Of a DNA stretch of 64,000 nucleotides, positions 28,905 through 38,501 are shown one piece after another. The notes beneath the pieces were generated by a model. The model was not told the DNA's origin, did no database searches, and worked only from the letters and a program-made list of their open reading frames with translations. Position numbers and translations under genes: made by a program. The DNA is from Planctomycetota bacterium (GTDB lineage: Bacteria > Planctomycetota > JAJSAM01 > JAJVHW01), in NCBI GenBank assembly GCA_021414065.1, contig JAIOPE010000146.1, positions 7,807-71,806 of the forward strand, read 5' to 3'. How positions within the stretch are numbered: the first letter of the stretch is position 1; each line of letters begins with the position of its first letter.

Positions 28905-30899
28905 ATGCGCCGTTCGTGGAATCCGATCATCAGCGTCGTCGCGACTCTCGTCGTCGGCGCCGGATGCGCCGTCTTCGGTTTCCTCGTGGGCGTGACGGTC
29001 GGTGCGGAGCCGGGTCAGCCGGGAGACACCGCCCGCCCCGCCGCTGGCGAAGCTCTCCCGAGTCTCGGCGCAGCGGATCGGTCCCAGCGGACCGACGAGC
29101 AAACTGCGCGTGCGAACGCCGCTGCGAATTCGACGTCGACCGCCGAACCCGCACGCTCGCGCGGCGCGGCCGGAGGTCCAGCGAAACCGCCGGTGGATGC
29201 GCGTGCGCCGGTCGTCGTGGACACGGCAGCAATCGCCGCGATCCTCGGGAAGCGCGTCGGTGCAGACGTTTCGGCTGAGCGCCTCGCGCAGGCGGAGAGT
29301 CGCGCGCGATCGATCAGGGAGAACTCCCTTCGGACGGCGGACTCGGCCGAGTCCGCGGCCGCGTGGCAGGTCGCCTCGGAGATCGAGAAGGAGCGTGCGT
29401 TCACGGCCGACGCTGCGCGCGGCGGCACGCTCGACATGCTCCGGAAGCTCGATGCGTCACCGGTGCGAGCGTTCGATCTCGTCGGCTCACGATCACGGTT
29501 CGACGAGCGGTTCGTCCGCCATGCGCAGGGCTCGGTCACAGACGGCTCGGCACCGCTTGTCCCGCCGAACACAGTCCGTCCACCGCTGACGGACGGCGCG
29601 ATCGTCCGGTTCCCCGGCGGGCTCCACACCTGGCGCGCGTCGTCGCTCGGGCGCGACGGCGAGTTCCCGAAGGACGTAGTCTTCGAGGGCGCCGGGATGG
29701 ACCTCACGATGGTCCGGCTCGAGGGGTTTCGGCCGAGCGCTGCCGTGGACGTGCTCACGTTCCGCGACCTCACGATCGACTGCGGCGGCAGCGCTCTGAT
29801 CGACGCCCGGACCGAGCCGGTCGTGCTCCTCCTCGAGCGCTGCCGCGTGATCGGGTTCGACGGCGACGAGATGCTCTCGGTCGCGAAGGGCGCGTTCCAT
29901 GCGATCGACTCTCGGTTCGAAGCCGGCTGGGAGGCGCCGCCGGGCCACGGCACGCTCTTCGACGTGAGCAGCGTCCTCGCGCGATTTGACCGCTGCACGT
30001 TCGCGGGCCCATTCAAGAGCGTGTTCGACGACGAGCGCGGGGCGACCTACGTCTTCGCCGACTGTCGCTTCGAGTCGATGGCGAGGGGATTCGCCAAGGT
30101 CGCCGCGGCGCCGCCTGAGTGCGCCCGGTTCGAGCGCTGCACAGTGACCGAGATCGAGACGGACGACAGTTCACACGCGTTCGACGTGACGAGCCTGTTC
30201 CCGATCCTCTTCGCAGAACCGCCAGCGTCCACCGTCGTCTCCGGCGTCGGCGGCGGCGTCGTGCCGACGGATGTGCTCGCACTGACGGTCGTGTTCCCGG
30301 CAGGGGCGCACAAGCTCGGATTGAGCATCGCGAGGTTCCAAGGCGACCTCGTGATCACGGGCCAGGGCCGCGACACAACGCTGGTCCGGGTCGATTCGTC
30401 GTTGAACGCGCGCCGGGTGTTCTGGCGCGATGTCGCGATCGACGGCGAGGGATCGGACCCGTGCCCCTCGCGCACGGCGTACATCTCGTTCGAGCGCTGT
30501 CGCTTCGTCGCCTACGACACGGGTTCCGGCGGTTCTACCGCGGTGGACTTCCGGAGCGACGGGGCGGTGCGGCTCGTCGATTGCCGGTTCGACGCGGGTT
30601 ACGGCCGATCGCCCACCCACGGTACCGCGCTCTCGGTCTCCCGCGCCCCGACGCGGGCCGATCGTTGCGTCTTCGCGATGCAGGGCGGAGTGGCCGTCGA
30701 TGGCAGCTCGAACGTCGTCCTGGCCGACTGCACCATCTCCGGCATCGACGCGACGCGGGCCGCGTGGCTCCGCTCCGAGAAGTCCGGAGTGGTTCTCCTC
30801 CGAACCTCGATCGAAGTCGCCCCGCCGGACGCAACAAGGGGCCTGAAGCCACGGCCGCTCTCGGAGATCAACGCATCGTGGGGCGACGGCCGCCGCTGA
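28905..30899 (+). CDS. Membrane-anchored protein with two parallel beta-helix-like domains
   Basis: N-terminal TM helix; duplicated FPxGxH...GxGxDxTxVR...ERCR...RFxAG...HGT...DRCxF units. Confidence 0.72.
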   Translation: MRRSWNPIISVVATLVVGAGCAVFGFLVGVTVGAEPGQPGDTARPAAGEALPSLGAADRSQRTDEQTARANAAANSTSTAEPARSRGAAGGPAKPPVDARAPVVVDTAAIAAILGKRVGADVSAERLAQAESRARSIRENSLRTADSAESAAAWQVASEIEKERAFTADAARGGTLDMLRKLDASPVRAFDLVGSRSRFDERFVRHAQGSVTDGSAPLVPPNTVRPPLTDGAIVRFPGGLHTWRASSLGRDGEFPKDVVFEGAGMDLTMVRLEGFRPSAAVDVLTFRDLTIDCGGSALIDARTEPVVLLLERCRVIGFDGDEMLSVAKGAFHAIDSRFEAGWEAPPGHGTLFDVSSVLARFDRCTFAGPFKSVFDDERGATYVFADCRFESMARGFAKVAAAPPECARFERCTVTEIETDDSSHAFDVTSLFPILFAEPPASTVVSGVGGGVVPTDVLALTVVFPAGAHKLGLSIARFQGDLVITGQGRDTTLVRVDSSLNARRVFWRDVAIDGEGSDPCPSRTAYISFERCRFVAYDTGSGGSTAVDFRSDGAVRLVDCRFDAGYGRSPTHGTALSVSRAPTRADRCVFAMQGGVAVDGSSNVVLADCTISGIDATRAAWLRSEKSGVVLLRTSIEVAPPDATRGLKPRPLSEINASWGDGRR

Positions 30900-31043
30900 C
30901 CGCGGTGGAACGCTACTGGGGTCACGGACGCGCTCCCGTCGCCGACCTAGATTCGACTCGTTCCGCGCGCCGTTGATGTCGTTCCGCTGACGTCGCACCG
31001 TTGACGTCGCTCCGTTTCGCGCGCGGCGAAGGAGTCGCGCGGC

Positions 31044-31919
31044 ATGAACGCACCCCGCTGGCAACCGTGTCCCCGCTGCGGCGGGCGCGTCCCCGTCGAG
31101 AGCCGGTTCTGCAATGCGTGCGGCAGCTCAGTCCAGGCGCCGCTGCGCGCCGCGCGGTTCTGCACGGGGTGCGGCGGCGGACTCGCCGCCGACGCCAAGT
31201 TCTGCAACGGTTGCGGCGCGACAGCGGCCGTTGTCGAGACGCCCCACGTCCACTGCACGCAGTGCGGAACCGACATGCCGACGGGGACTCGGTTCTGCAC
31301 GAGTTGCGGAGCAGACTGCGCCGCGACGACTGCACAGCCTGCGGCTGTGTGTGTGCCGGTGGTCGTGCCTCAGCCGGTGCCTCAGCCGGTGATTCCGCCT
31401 GTGCCTCAACGGGCGGCAGCGTCCCAACGCGCCCCCGCACCACCACCGCTCGTCCCGATCGCGACGCCTACTCCGCCGCCGCGTCCCAGCGTTCCCGCGC
31501 CGACACCAACACCGGGCCCCGCGAAGTCGCGAGGGTTCGGCCGGATCGCGGCGGCCGCAGCCGTCGTTGTCGTTCTCGGCGCTGCGGGCACCTGGTTCGC
31601 TTTGCGTGACAACGGCACCGGTGCGACGGACCCTCGCGCCGACAGTTCCGACGAGAGTGCCGACGACAACGCGGCCGCGAACCCTCGGGAACCCGCGGCG
31701 ACGGAGCGTCCCCGAAGCGCGGGCGGATCGTCGTCGGGCACCACGTCGAGGGCGTCCGGCGGAGGCGCCGCGTCGACCGCCGGTCCGCGGAAGGCCCCGC
31801 CGGGAACGAAGGGAGTCGGCAGCCTGAAGCCAACCGAGCCGCCACTTGTCGTTGTGAAGGACGCAACCACGCTCGAGATCGAGCAACTCATCGACGAACT
31901 CATGAAGGAGCAGCCATGA
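31044..31919 (+). CDS. Triple zinc-ribbon, Pro-rich, single-pass membrane protein
   Basis: Three CxxCG...FCxxCG units; PQPV repeats; TM helix; ATGA overlap with the next gene. Confidence 0.8.
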   Translation: MNAPRWQPCPRCGGRVPVESRFCNACGSSVQAPLRAARFCTGCGGGLAADAKFCNGCGATAAVVETPHVHCTQCGTDMPTGTRFCTSCGADCAATTAQPAAVCVPVVVPQPVPQPVIPPVPQRAAASQRAPAPPPLVPIATPTPPPRPSVPAPTPTPGPAKSRGFGRIAAAAAVVVVLGAAGTWFALRDNGTGATDPRADSSDESADDNAAANPREPAATERPRSAGGSSSGTTSRASGGGAASTAGPRKAPPGTKGVGSLKPTEPPLVVVKDATTLEIEQLIDELMKEQP

Positions 31920-34900
31920 CGCGCACGCACGGCCGGCTCGCCCGGTTCCTGTCGCTCGCCACGATGGCTACCTTGCTCCTGGCGGCGCCCACCACGCGCA
32001 CCGCGACGCCTCAGGACGACGACGCCGTCGAGATCCGCACGGTGTTCGACATCATGGGCGACTTCGAGAAACAGAAGCTCCTCTGGCGGAAGGAGTGGAT
32101 GACCGAAGACGCGGACCGGAAGACCGACGCCGCGGAGATCGCGTTGAAGGTCGCGACCGAGAAGGGACTCGACCGGAAACTCTTGAAGCGCCAGTTCGAC
32201 ACCGCGTCGAAGGAGCGACGCGCGACCGGCGTGAAGAACCTCGATGTCGGTCGCCACCAACTCACGAAGTGGATCCTGGCCGAAGCGTACAAGGAGACGA
32301 ACGCCCGTCTGAAGGCCGATGGTCTGACGCCGCTCGAGCGCACGACAACCGTGAACAGCGGCGGCACCGGCGACTTCACCCGCGACGTGGATGTGACTGT
32401 GTTCGCGGGCGACGAGGTCCGCGAGCGCACGTTCTTCGAGGCGATCCGGGACATCGCGCGGAAGCAGGGGCTCACGGTCGAGACCGGAGCCGACGACTCC
32501 GTCAAGTCCGGGATCAACATCCCCGAGATCGAAGTCGCGTTCCACCGCGGCAACAACGACCTGCCGGACCCTCGGTACACGACCGACGTGCAGCGGTTCG
32601 CGCTCGACTACCGAAAGGCGATCGAGGGCCAGTCGAGGAACCCCGAAGCGTACTTCGGCTACGGGTTCGAGATGGAGGTGCAGGGCCGCCGGTATCTCAG
32701 TTTCAAGCCGGGCCAGACGCTCCTCCAGACGTTCGAGATGGAGGGCGGCAAGCTCAAGTACCGGGCGCAGGTCGCATCCTGCAACAAGGAGGTCCGCGCG
32801 GTCATCCGCGGCGCCGTCGGGCAGCGGTACCGCCGCGCGCAGAACTGCGTCCACGCGGTGAACGACTACCTCCAGGCCTACCGGCACGAACTCCACACCG
32901 GCGGCGACCCGACGAAGGGCGCGCTGAAGTACGCGGGCCGCGCGATCGAGTCGCTCTGCGAGTACCACGGGTTCAAGAACTGGGCGGAGCTCCGCATCGA
33001 GGACCGCGTCCAGCTCCTCGCGCGGATCTTCCCGCCGGGATACCTCGACACCCCCGGCGCCCGCCGCCGCCTCGAGTACATGTCGGAGGGCGTGGACTAC
33101 GCCTACGCGGTGTTCCAAGGCAAGTCGGCGCCGAAGTCGTTCGCGGGGAAGCCCATGCGCCCCGAGGGCACGGCCACGCTCGCGCTCCTGTTCCTCCGCA
33201 AGGCGTCGGCGTCGATGGTCGGCGCGGTCGCGCAGGAGATGCTCGACCCGCCGGACCTGAGCGCGCGGTTCCTGGCCGAGGTGAATCAGCACGACAGCAA
33301 GTGGCAGGAGATGTCTCCGGACGAACGCGAGGCGCACGCGAAGCAGCGCTGCGAGAACTACAAGCAGTGCGTCTCGATCGCGGCGATGGAGAACCTGCTC
33401 GCCACCGTCGAGCAACTGCATGTCCTCGACCTGCCCGAGTTCGACCCGAAGGGCCAGAAAGCCGGCACGAACGCGATCAAGGAGATGCTGAACGGCGCGG
33501 ACCCGAAGCTGAAGCCCATCCTCCAGATCGCGATCGACCACGCGGCGGCGTCGGTCCGCCTGCAGAACGCGAAGACTGCCGACGAACGTGCGCGCGCGTC
33601 CGCCGACCTCGCTGCCGCGCGCACGCGGATGGAAGAGCACACGCGGAAGCCGTCGCCCGGGCGGCAGATCGAGGATGCCGCGGCGGCCGTCGGCGCGGCC
33701 GACTACGTCAAGCGAAAGAAGGCGGGCGGCGCCGTCGCCGGGACCGATCCGCCCGACGAGACGCGCAAGCGGATGCAGAAGTTCGCGGAGGACGCGCTCT
33801 ACGAGGACGAAGCGGTCGGCATCCGCGCGGAGATCGGGAAGCTCGGCGTCAAGGGCTACGTGAAGAAGCGGATGGCCGAAGAGGTGTTCCAACTCGGCAA
33901 CGTGGTGGACGCGCTCCAGTTGATCGAGATGTACCAGGGCGGCGCGTCCGCGGCGGACTACACCTGGTTCGCGACGACGAACGTCCTCTCGCGCTGCTAC
34001 TGGGGCATCGGGTTCGCGATCCAGGCGGTGCAGGTCAAGAACGAGGAGGACCTGAAGGCGCTCGGCAAGAACGTCGTCTTCGACGCGTTCTCTCGCGTGA
34101 TCCCCGGCATGGCGCAGGCGAGGATCATCTTCGACATCGAGCGCGGCCTGGTGATGGTCACGTTCGGCCACATGATCAACGTGGTGAACGCGGATCTGAT
34201 CGACGCGCTCTACACCGGCGAGGCCGGCCGCGTGAACGCCGGCACGGCGGGCAAGGTCGCCGGGCAGATCCGCGACACCGGCGTGTGCGTGCTCGACGGC
34301 AAGTGGGTGATCCAGGCGCCCGACAAGAAGGGCGTGCTGCAAGTCGTCGTGGATCAGCCCGCGCTCTATCAGGGTCTGTTCGCCGAGTGGTTCGGTCCGC
34401 AGGTCCGCTTCGACGAGATCAACACTCGTTCGCCGCTCGGTGGCGACAAGGGAACCCTGCTCGCCGCGCACGACCGCCTCGCGAAGGCGATCCTCGCGAT
34501 GGGCACCGACAAGGAGTCGTCGTGGTTCGGGAAGCCCACAAACTACGTGGACCCGAACAACGTGAACACGGCGGCCGAGGCATTCGCCGCGGCGATCGCG
34601 CCCCACTGCCGGAAGAAGACCGACGCCGTGCTCGACGAACTCGCGCCACGTCAGTACTTCTCCAACGGGAAGGACATGATCGCCGAGGGCCTCCACCAAC
34701 GGCTCATGTCCGACGTCGTCGGCGGCATGGTCGCGACGTGGCAGACGCAGCGCGTCGAGCAGATGTTCGCGCGGCGCGAGGTGGACTACGCGGCGAAGGT
34801 CGGCGACATCTCCGCCCTCGGGAAGGCCCTCGCCGACGCCGCCGACGTCGAGATGCCGAAGTTCGACGTGGAACTGATCGGACTCGATCCGAAGAAGACG

Positions 34901-35809
34901 AACTGGGCGCCCGGATCCATGCCGGTCTCGTGCCGTCTCCGCTACGACCGCCCGCTCCCGGCGTCGCTCGGCCACGTGAAGGTGGACGTCGAGACGCTGC
35001 CGTTCATCGTGGTGACGGAGGCGACGCCGAACGACGTCACGCGCGTGGTGAAACAGCCCGTCATCTTCCGCATGACTGCGAACGACGGAGCGGGTCCCGT
35101 CGTCGGGGAGCGCAGGGTCGAGTTCACGGTGAGCGTGCTGCCGTCGGCCGAGCAGATCATCCGCAAGGCGAACACGTTCAGCTTCCGCGTCGGGGGCAAG
35201 GGCAAGTCCGTACGCGTCGGCGGATGGCAACCCGGCGAGGTGGCGACGACCCCGAGCGTCGAGATCGCTTGGTCCCGGCACGAACCTGCGGCGGGAGTCC
35301 AGTGGTCCGGGAACGCGTTCACGGTGGACGTGAAGTCCTCGAAGGGCTCCGGAACGCCGGATTCGCCGCTGATCACGCGCAGCGTGAAGGCCAAGGGCAC
35401 CTACGACCCCGTGATGGGCATCGTCTCGTTCGAGGCCGATTCCGTGGACTCGGAGAGTACTGCCGAGGAGGACTACCGGAACTCCAAGGTCGAGACGAAG
35501 CACCTCTCCGCCGTGGACGTGCCCGTGGACCAGGTCTGGGGCGCGTCGATGATCCCCATCGGCGCCGACGAGAACTGGGACCCGTACGTGAACGGCTACA
35601 CGCGGACGCACGACTCCCGCGCGGTGAAGCGCCACCGGATCGTCGGGACCTGGCACACCATCACGCGCGGCTGGTCGAAGTCGTCCGGCGAGAACGTGAG
35701 TGAGTCCACCGACACGATCCTCGGCCCCACGGGCGACACGTCCCAGCCCGCATCAGCGTCGTTCACCTTCGGAACGCCGCGCCGCACCTTCCCGGCGGGA
35801 GCGAAGTGA
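31916..35809 (+). CDS. Large secreted protein with an N-terminal putative nucleotidyltransferase-like domain and C-terminal beta domains
   Basis: 1297-aa ORF with strong GC3 codon bias; signal peptide; VNSGGTGDFTRDVDVTVF...NPEAY. Function inferred. Confidence 0.75.
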   Translation: MTRTHGRLARFLSLATMATLLLAAPTTRTATPQDDDAVEIRTVFDIMGDFEKQKLLWRKEWMTEDADRKTDAAEIALKVATEKGLDRKLLKRQFDTASKERRATGVKNLDVGRHQLTKWILAEAYKETNARLKADGLTPLERTTTVNSGGTGDFTRDVDVTVFAGDEVRERTFFEAIRDIARKQGLTVETGADDSVKSGINIPEIEVAFHRGNNDLPDPRYTTDVQRFALDYRKAIEGQSRNPEAYFGYGFEMEVQGRRYLSFKPGQTLLQTFEMEGGKLKYRAQVASCNKEVRAVIRGAVGQRYRRAQNCVHAVNDYLQAYRHELHTGGDPTKGALKYAGRAIESLCEYHGFKNWAELRIEDRVQLLARIFPPGYLDTPGARRRLEYMSEGVDYAYAVFQGKSAPKSFAGKPMRPEGTATLALLFLRKASASMVGAVAQEMLDPPDLSARFLAEVNQHDSKWQEMSPDEREAHAKQRCENYKQCVSIAAMENLLATVEQLHVLDLPEFDPKGQKAGTNAIKEMLNGADPKLKPILQIAIDHAAASVRLQNAKTADERARASADLAAARTRMEEHTRKPSPGRQIEDAAAAVGAADYVKRKKAGGAVAGTDPPDETRKRMQKFAEDALYEDEAVGIRAEIGKLGVKGYVKKRMAEEVFQLGNVVDALQLIEMYQGGASAADYTWFATTNVLSRCYWGIGFAIQAVQVKNEEDLKALGKNVVFDAFSRVIPGMAQARIIFDIERGLVMVTFGHMINVVNADLIDALYTGEAGRVNAGTAGKVAGQIRDTGVCVLDGKWVIQAPDKKGVLQVVVDQPALYQGLFAEWFGPQVRFDEINTRSPLGGDKGTLLAAHDRLAKAILAMGTDKESSWFGKPTNYVDPNNVNTAAEAFAAAIAPHCRKKTDAVLDELAPRQYFSNGKDMIAEGLHQRLMSDVVGGMVATWQTQRVEQMFARREVDYAAKVGDISALGKALADAADVEMPKFDVELIGLDPKKTNWAPGSMPVSCRLRYDRPLPASLGHVKVDVETLPFIVVTEATPNDVTRVVKQPVIFRMTANDGAGPVVGERRVEFTVSVLPSAEQIIRKANTFSFRVGGKGKSVRVGGWQPGEVATTPSVEIAWSRHEPAAGVQWSGNAFTVDVKSSKGSGTPDSPLITRSVKAKGTYDPVMGIVSFEADSVDSESTAEEDYRNSKVETKHLSAVDVPVDQVWGASMIPIGADENWDPYVNGYTRTHDSRAVKRHRIVGTWHTITRGWSKSSGENVSESTDTILGPTGDTSQPASASFTFGTPRRTFPAGAK

Positions 35810-35926
35810 CGGGACGGGCGCGCCCGCGCCGCCGCGGCAGGTTCCACGGAACCCGGGCGCGGTCCCACCCGTCTCACTCCGGCCGAACGATCTCGGCGCA
35901 GACCTGACCCTCACGGAGGCGACTCG

Positions 35927-36784
35927 ATGCGGAACATCCTCGGACTGACGGTGGTTGCGGTGGCAGTGCTCGGCGCGTGGGCCCTCGCGGGCGACGACAA
36001 GAAGCCCGGCGCGGGTCACGAAGGCCACGGCGGCGCCGCCGCCGGCCCCGCAGCGGAAGCGGGCGGCGATCCCTGGGCCACCCACCGCGGCAACGTGCCG
36101 TTCATCCTCGGGTTCGAGAAGGGCATGGCTGCGGTCAAGGACACCGGCAAGCCGCCGATGCTCTTCATCACGACGACGTGGTGCGGGTACTGCAAGAAGC
36201 TCGCGGGCGAGTCGTTCACCGACGACGCCGTCGTGAAGATCCTCGCGAAGTTCACCCCGGTGATCGTGGACGGCGACGTCGAGAAGGACATCTGCACGAA
36301 GTACAAGGCCAACGGCTTCCCGAAGGTCGTGTTCTGCGACGTCAAGGGCGAAGCGGTCAGCGCCGTGGATGGCTACGTCCCGAAGGCCGAGTTCCAGGCG
36401 AAAGCCGAGGACGCGGCGAAGTCGATCAAGTCCGGCAAGCCTTCGAAGGAGTACCAGGCTCTCGTGGACGCGAAGGCCGACCTCGACAAGGCGCTCGGCT
36501 CCGCGAAGTCGAACGTGAAGGCCGCCCTGCAGGCCATCACGAAGATCGAGAAACTCGGCCGGCCGGGCGAGATCGCCGACGCCGCGAAGGTCGCGAAGGA
36601 CAAGCTCCTCGCAGCCGGCCAGGCGAAGCTCGACGAGGCCCGCAAGTCGTTCGAGGCAGGCGAGAAGGACGCCGCACGCAAGGCCGCAACGTCCCTCGCG
36701 TCGGAGTACGCGGGCACCGACCTCGCCGACGCCGCGAAGAAGCTCGTGGCCGAAATCGGCCCGGCAGCGCCCCCGGCGAAGTAG
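35927..36784 (+). CDS. Secreted thioredoxin-family protein with a helical C-terminus
   Basis: KPPMLFITTTWCGYCKKL; GFP cis-Pro loop. Confidence 0.85.
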   Translation: MRNILGLTVVAVAVLGAWALAGDDKKPGAGHEGHGGAAAGPAAEAGGDPWATHRGNVPFILGFEKGMAAVKDTGKPPMLFITTTWCGYCKKLAGESFTDDAVVKILAKFTPVIVDGDVEKDICTKYKANGFPKVVFCDVKGEAVSAVDGYVPKAEFQAKAEDAAKSIKSGKPSKEYQALVDAKADLDKALGSAKSNVKAALQAITKIEKLGRPGEIADAAKVAKDKLLAAGQAKLDEARKSFEAGEKDAARKAATSLASEYAGTDLADAAKKLVAEIGPAAPPAK

Positions 36785-36802
36785 CCGCAGGACCGACGAC
36801 GG

Positions 36803-36835
36803 ACGGCCGTCTCCGCACGCGGAGGCGGCCGTTTC
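36803..36835 (+). terminator. Probable intrinsic terminator
   Basis: ACGGCCGTCTCCGC / GCGGAGGCGGCCGT stem followed by TTC just after the stop at 36784. Confidence 0.55.
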
Positions 36836-36851
36836 GATTCCCGGGGCCGCG

Positions 36852-36977
36852 CGGGGACGGTCCCCAAAAACTCACAAACTTGGCCGCCGTGCCGGCCGAC
36901 GGACGGCTTCGCGCGAGCGATTCGGCTCCGGCGGCGCCGGGACTCGCGGGTTTGTGGGTTTTTGGGGACCGTCCCCG
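36852..36977. repeat. REPIN/MITE-like element with ~28-bp inverted arms
   Basis: CGGGGACGGTCCCCAAAAACTCACAAAC ... GTTTGTGGGTTTTTGGGGACCGTCCCCG. Confidence 0.7.
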
Positions 36978-37116
36978 AGATCCACGCGGAGACCCTCGGT
37001 GCGAACGGCGTCGCCGACTCCCCTGTCCACCGCTGCGGTACTGCGATGCACGCCGCGCGCGGCTGGACCGTTCTCGTGGCAGGCCGCATTTGCGCCGAAT
37101 CGCCAGGCTTGACTTG

Positions 37117-37182
37117 GGACGATATGACGAGATCACACGGACGGGATGACGAGATAACGTGGACGGGATGACGAGAAGTGCG
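37117..37182 (+). repeat. Three 22-bp direct repeats upstream of the ATPase gene
   Basis: GGACGATATGACGAGATCACAC / GGACGGGATGACGAGATAACGT / GGACGGGATGACGAGAAGTGCG. Confidence 0.75.
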
Positions 37183-37215
37183 ACGCGACGGGACGACGTG
37201 GCGTACCCTGGCGGC

Positions 37216-38466
37216 GTGACGGAGTCACTCACTCGACATGCCCAGGCGGTCGTCGTCGAAGCGCTCGCCGACGCCCGTGTCGTACTCGTACACGGCCCAC
37301 GGCAGTGCGGGAAGACGACGTTGGTCCAGGCGGTCGCGGCGTCGCGACGCGGGCGCTACCTGTCGCTCGACAGTCAGGACCTGCGGGACTCCGCGCTCCG
37401 GGATCCGGACGGGTTCGTCGAAGGGACCGGACTGGTCGTGATCGACGAGTTCCAGCGCGGCGGCGACGCGCTGTTGCTCGCCATCAAGCGCGCGGTCGAT
37501 GTCGCGGGGCCGCGGCGGCGGCGTTTTCTGCTGGCCGGCTCGACGCGCTTCCTCACCGTTCCGACCCTGTCCGAGTCACTTGCCGGACGGATCGACATCA
37601 TCGACCTGTGGCCGCTGTCGCAGGGTGAACTCCTCGGCCGTCGGGAGGACTTCCCAGCGGTTCTGTTCGGCGGGCCGGAGCGGCTCAGAAGTCTCGAACC
37701 GACGCCGCTCGGCCGCGAGTCGTACTTCGACCTCGCCTGCCGGGGCGGGTTCCCTGAGGCCGTACGACGCAAGCCCCGATCGAGAGAGCGCTGGTTTGAC
37801 GGCTACGCACGCACGCTGCTCGGGCGCGACCTCCTGGAAATCGCCCGCGTCGGGCGGACAGACGACGTCTCTCGGCTCCTCCGATTGCTCGCAACTCGGA
37901 CCGCCGCTGAAGTGGACGTCACTGCCATCGCCCGCGAGCTCGGCATTCCGCGCACGACGCTGGACGGGTACCTCCCCCTGCTCGAGTCGTTGTTCCTGCT
38001 CCACCGCGTGCCTGCATGGTCCTCGAACCTCACGGCGAAGATCGTGCGGCGCCCGAAGCTCCACTTCACCGACACCGGCCTCGCCGCTTCGCTGGTCGGC
38101 GTCACGCCGAAGTCGCTCACCGATCCGACCGCGCCGATGGCGGGCCCTTTGCTGGAGACGTTCGTCGTCGGCGAGATCTCGCGTCAGCTCGGGTGGAGTG
38201 CGGTGTCGGCGACCGTCCATCACTTCCGCGACCGTTCGGGACCAGAGGTGGACCTAGTGCTCGAGTCCCGCGACGGTCGCATCGCCGCGATCGAGGTGAA
38301 GGCCGCGCGGTCGGTGTCCGCCCGCGACTTCAGCGGGCTGACGCTCCTCCGCGACCGGCTCGGTGCGCGATTCGTGCAAGGGGTCGTCCTTCACGCGGGC
38401 GAGGCGGTACTCGCGTTCGGCGACCGGCTGTCTGCAGCGCCCGTATCCGCCGTGTGGGCGACCTGA
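37216..38466 (+). CDS. AAA_14/DUF4143 ATP-binding protein
   Basis: Walker A HGPRQCGKTT; IDEFQR; LSESLAGR; RGGFPE; KLHFTDTGLA; C-terminal HFRDRSGPEVDLV..IEVK. Confidence 0.9.
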   Translation: MTESLTRHAQAVVVEALADARVVLVHGPRQCGKTTLVQAVAASRRGRYLSLDSQDLRDSALRDPDGFVEGTGLVVIDEFQRGGDALLLAIKRAVDVAGPRRRRFLLAGSTRFLTVPTLSESLAGRIDIIDLWPLSQGELLGRREDFPAVLFGGPERLRSLEPTPLGRESYFDLACRGGFPEAVRRKPRSRERWFDGYARTLLGRDLLEIARVGRTDDVSRLLRLLATRTAAEVDVTAIARELGIPRTTLDGYLPLLESLFLLHRVPAWSSNLTAKIVRRPKLHFTDTGLAASLVGVTPKSLTDPTAPMAGPLLETFVVGEISRQLGWSAVSATVHHFRDRSGPEVDLVLESRDGRIAAIEVKAARSVSARDFSGLTLLRDRLGARFVQGVVLHAGEAVLAFGDRLSAAPVSAVWAT

Positions 38467-38501
38467 CGGCGGAGGCCAGCCCCGGCGCCCCCGCCCCCGC
38501 G

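Noticed and set aside
31406-35703. 1416-aa minus and 1202-aa plus ORFs overlapping 31916-35809
   Set aside because: Shadow frames produced by GC3 bias; the 31916 frame has the signal peptide and normal composition.
12000-36800. Integron cassette array explaining the run of accessory genes
   Set aside because: No attC-like RYYYAAC/GTTRRRY sites between genes, mixed orientation and no intI.
37117-37200. Possible mini-CRISPR array
   Set aside because: 22-bp period with only about 7 variable nt, no real spacers and no cas genes.
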